Shown here piece after piece: positions 61,387 to 64,000 of a stretch of 64,000 nt of DNA. Numbering within the stretch: the first letter of the stretch is position 1; every line of letters begins with the position of its first letter. The position numbers were made by a program, and so were the translations under genes. This DNA comes from Eledone cirrhosa (Eukaryota): assembly GCA_964016885.1 (NCBI GenBank), contig OZ024744.1, positions 95,170,001 through 95,234,000 of the forward strand, in the 5' to 3' direction. The notes beneath the pieces are model-generated. The model worked only from the letters and a program-made list of their open reading frames with translations, ran no database searches and was not told where the DNA came from.

Positions 61387-64000
61387 ATTATTATTGTTCT
61401 TTGAGTCTCAGTCATTGATGTTAGTTAACTGGAAAGTTTGTTGAAATGAATATTGAACCATTACCTGCAACCTCAGATATTCAGGACGTATCGGAGGGTT
61501 CTTGCTGTTCCCAGCAAGCATGCCTTTTGAAGTGTTCCAAAAAGCGGGGCGGCACCAATTTTCTTTAACCATCCCTGGAAACTCTTTAAGATAGTACCTA
61601 GTGCGCCTATGACAATCGGGACCACTTTGACTTCATGGTAGTTCCAAATCCTTTTTACCTCCCACTTAAAGTCGTGGTATTGGTTAATTTTCTCCCTCTC
61701 CTTTTCTTGCACTCTCATGTCGAATGGGCAGGCCACATCCACAATCAGGCATGATCTTTTTTCCTTGTCCTAAACCACCAGGTCAGGTCTATTGTGTTCC
61801 AGTTTCTTGTCCGTCTGTATCCGAAAATCCCATAGCACCTTCACCTGATCGTTTTCTATCACCGACTCTGGCTTATGCTCATACCACTTCTCAGAATGTG
61901 GTAAATTGTTTACTTTGCATAGATGCCAGTGGATCACTCTGCCTATCACATCATGTCTCCAGCCTTTATAGTGAGTCTGGGCTAGGTGTTTACACTCGGA
62001 TACAATGTGAGCCACAGTCTCCTCTCTCTCTCTCTCCACAGATCCTACACAGTGGGCTAGCCTCCTCCTTGTAAATATGATGTTTCAACCACTTCGTTTT
62101 GAGGGCCTGCTCTTGTGCAGCCATTAACATTCCTTCTGTAGCCTTTTTAAGGTCTCCTCTTCTCAAGCAGTTCCATGTCTGTGGATCTCTGAATTCCATT
62201 TTCTCAAAGAAGGTACTATGAAGGGATTTTTCATGAAGGTTGCTCTTTCTCCTTGTTGTTATTTCCTCCTTGGACATCCCCTGGTCTATTGTCCTCTCCT
62301 TCAGTACAATTCTGAGCATTGGCTCCTTACTATCGGTCACGTATTTGTGTAGGTTGTTTTCTCCATCTGAACACAGTCCTCTATGCTGATAAGACCTCTT
62401 CCACCTTCAGATCTCCTTAAGTAGAGTCTATCGACATCACTCCTCTTGTGGAAGATGTTGCAGATAGTCAATAGCTTCCTAGTCTTCCTATCCATTTCTT
62501 TTTGTTCAGCAACATTCCATCTCAGAATTCCTGCACTGTACCTAATAATAGACACAGCTCGGGAATTTACTGCACTTATGGCATTCCTACTATTTAGACG
62601 TGATTTTAATATGCTCCTTACTCTCCGAATGTATTCAGATCTTATCAATTCCTTCATTTTTTTGTTCTTGATGTCATCAGCCTCCAGAATACCCAAATAC
62701 TTGTATCCTTCTTCAGTGTCAGTTTCCTTTATCATCTCACCTGTTGATACCTGGATTCCGTTGCTTCTGCTCAATTTACCCCTCTTCATCACAAGGACTC
62801 CACACTTACTAATACCAAATTGCATACATATATCATTACTGAAAATACGGACAGTGTCAACAAGCACATCCAACTCCTTCTCACTCTTCCCGAAGAGCTT
62901 AAGATCGTCCATGAAGAGGAGGTGATTGATGGTAAGCTCTCCCTTTCCCAACTTGTATCCTGCTCTCACTTTTCGTATAATGGTCAGGGGCATCAGGGCA
63001 AGGACAAACAACAGAGGGGACAGACTATCTCCCTGGAAGATACCTCTCTTGATCTTCATGCCTCCCAAGGATTCTCCAGCTGATGTTAACTCTGTTTTCC
63101 AGGACTTCATACTTTTGCTCAACAACTGTCTGATGTTATCTGCCAGCTTGAAGATCTCTAGGCTTTTGGTGATCCAAGAATGAGGCACCATGTCAAATGC
63201 CTTTTTGTAGTCTATCCATCCCATGGCAAGACCAGTGTGTCTCCTCTTGCAATTCCTCATTACCATCTTATCAATAAGTAACTGGTCCTTTGTACCACGG
63301 GACTTCTTTCGGCATCCTTTCTGTTCATCCGATTAGAAGTTGTTTGTGTGGAGGTGATGGTAGATTTCCTCAGACATAATGCTTGTCAACAGTTTCCACA
63401 TTACGTACAGACATGTGATAGGTCTATAGTTGGTAACATCATTACCCTTGATTCGGTCTTTCATTACCAGAACTGTGGTACCTTTTGTCAACCACTCTGG
63501 TACCTCACCTGACATCAAGCAGTCATTGAACATGGTTGTCAGTTTCGGGTGGAGGGATGTTACATTTTTAATCCAATACCCCTGCACACCATCTGGGCCT
63601 GGTGATTTCCAGTTGGTTAGTTTTTTGGCCTGCCCCTTAAGAGTTTCAACTGTGATACTCAAATCAGTTTGTTGGTGTGCCTGTTGACTAATCTCCTTTT
63701 GTACTGTCTCAATCCACACTGCCTGGTCATTATGTTTAACATCCTGCTCCCATATTCCTCTCCAGAATGTCTTGGTTTGTTCCGCCTCAGGGATCAAGTC
63801 GTTGCCTCTTTCTTTCCCTTCAAGATGTCCAAACAACATCTTCTGGTTGTTGTCAAACGTGTGGTTCTGTCTATACTGACTGACTCTGCTCTCGTATCGC
63901 CTGATTTTTGCACTCTTTGCTTCAATGTGTTGCTTCGGTTCCTCTATGATAACATTTAGCCTTTTCCTCCTAGTTTTGTACTTTATTTCCAGTCTATTTT
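61387..64000 (-). mobile_element. Second, distinct Dong/R4-type retrotransposon (RT, CCHC, RLE), disrupted, continuing beyond the window
   Basis: [99 protein letters not shown]; 3' end at TAA repeats. Confidence 0.9.

Larger units (their letters stand above)
863..64000 (+). other. Probable very large TOGARAM1 intron (>63 kb)
   Basis: No sequence resembling the expected continuation (AVD.VE...AVQARL) was spotted; the region is dominated by repeats. A small exon could have been missed by eye. Confidence 0.55.

Overview
AT-rich animal genomic DNA. The SINE/LINE families and microsatellite load resemble an octopus-type cephalopod (inference). The only host coding sequence I can support is the 3' part of a TOGARAM1/crescerin exon (2-862, + strand: end of TOG1, linker, most of TOG2), which ends at a canonical AAG|GTATGT donor. 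I found no downstream exon, so the remaining ~63 kb is probably one repeat-filled intron. It contains RTE, CR1 and Dong/R4-type LINE fragments, two main tRNA-related SINE families, Helitron-like, hAT- and piggyBac-type non-autonomous elements, a mariner relic, and five large tandem arrays: 85 bp x ~209, 48 bp x ~15, 106 bp x ~10.7, a 7.1-kb GTT/GGT tract, and 90 bp x ~12. The most notable observation is that four of these arrays can be traced to, or abut, a transposon fragment. The 17.8-kb satellite monomer contains a TTAA-bounded terminal-inverted-repeat-like motif whose inverted partner lies just past the array (29439-29458). The 48-bp unit is a LINE 3'UTR subrepeat, the 106-bp unit encodes a C2H2-like zinc finger, and the 90-bp array abuts a mariner relic. 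All calls are by eye; no database searches or alignments were run.
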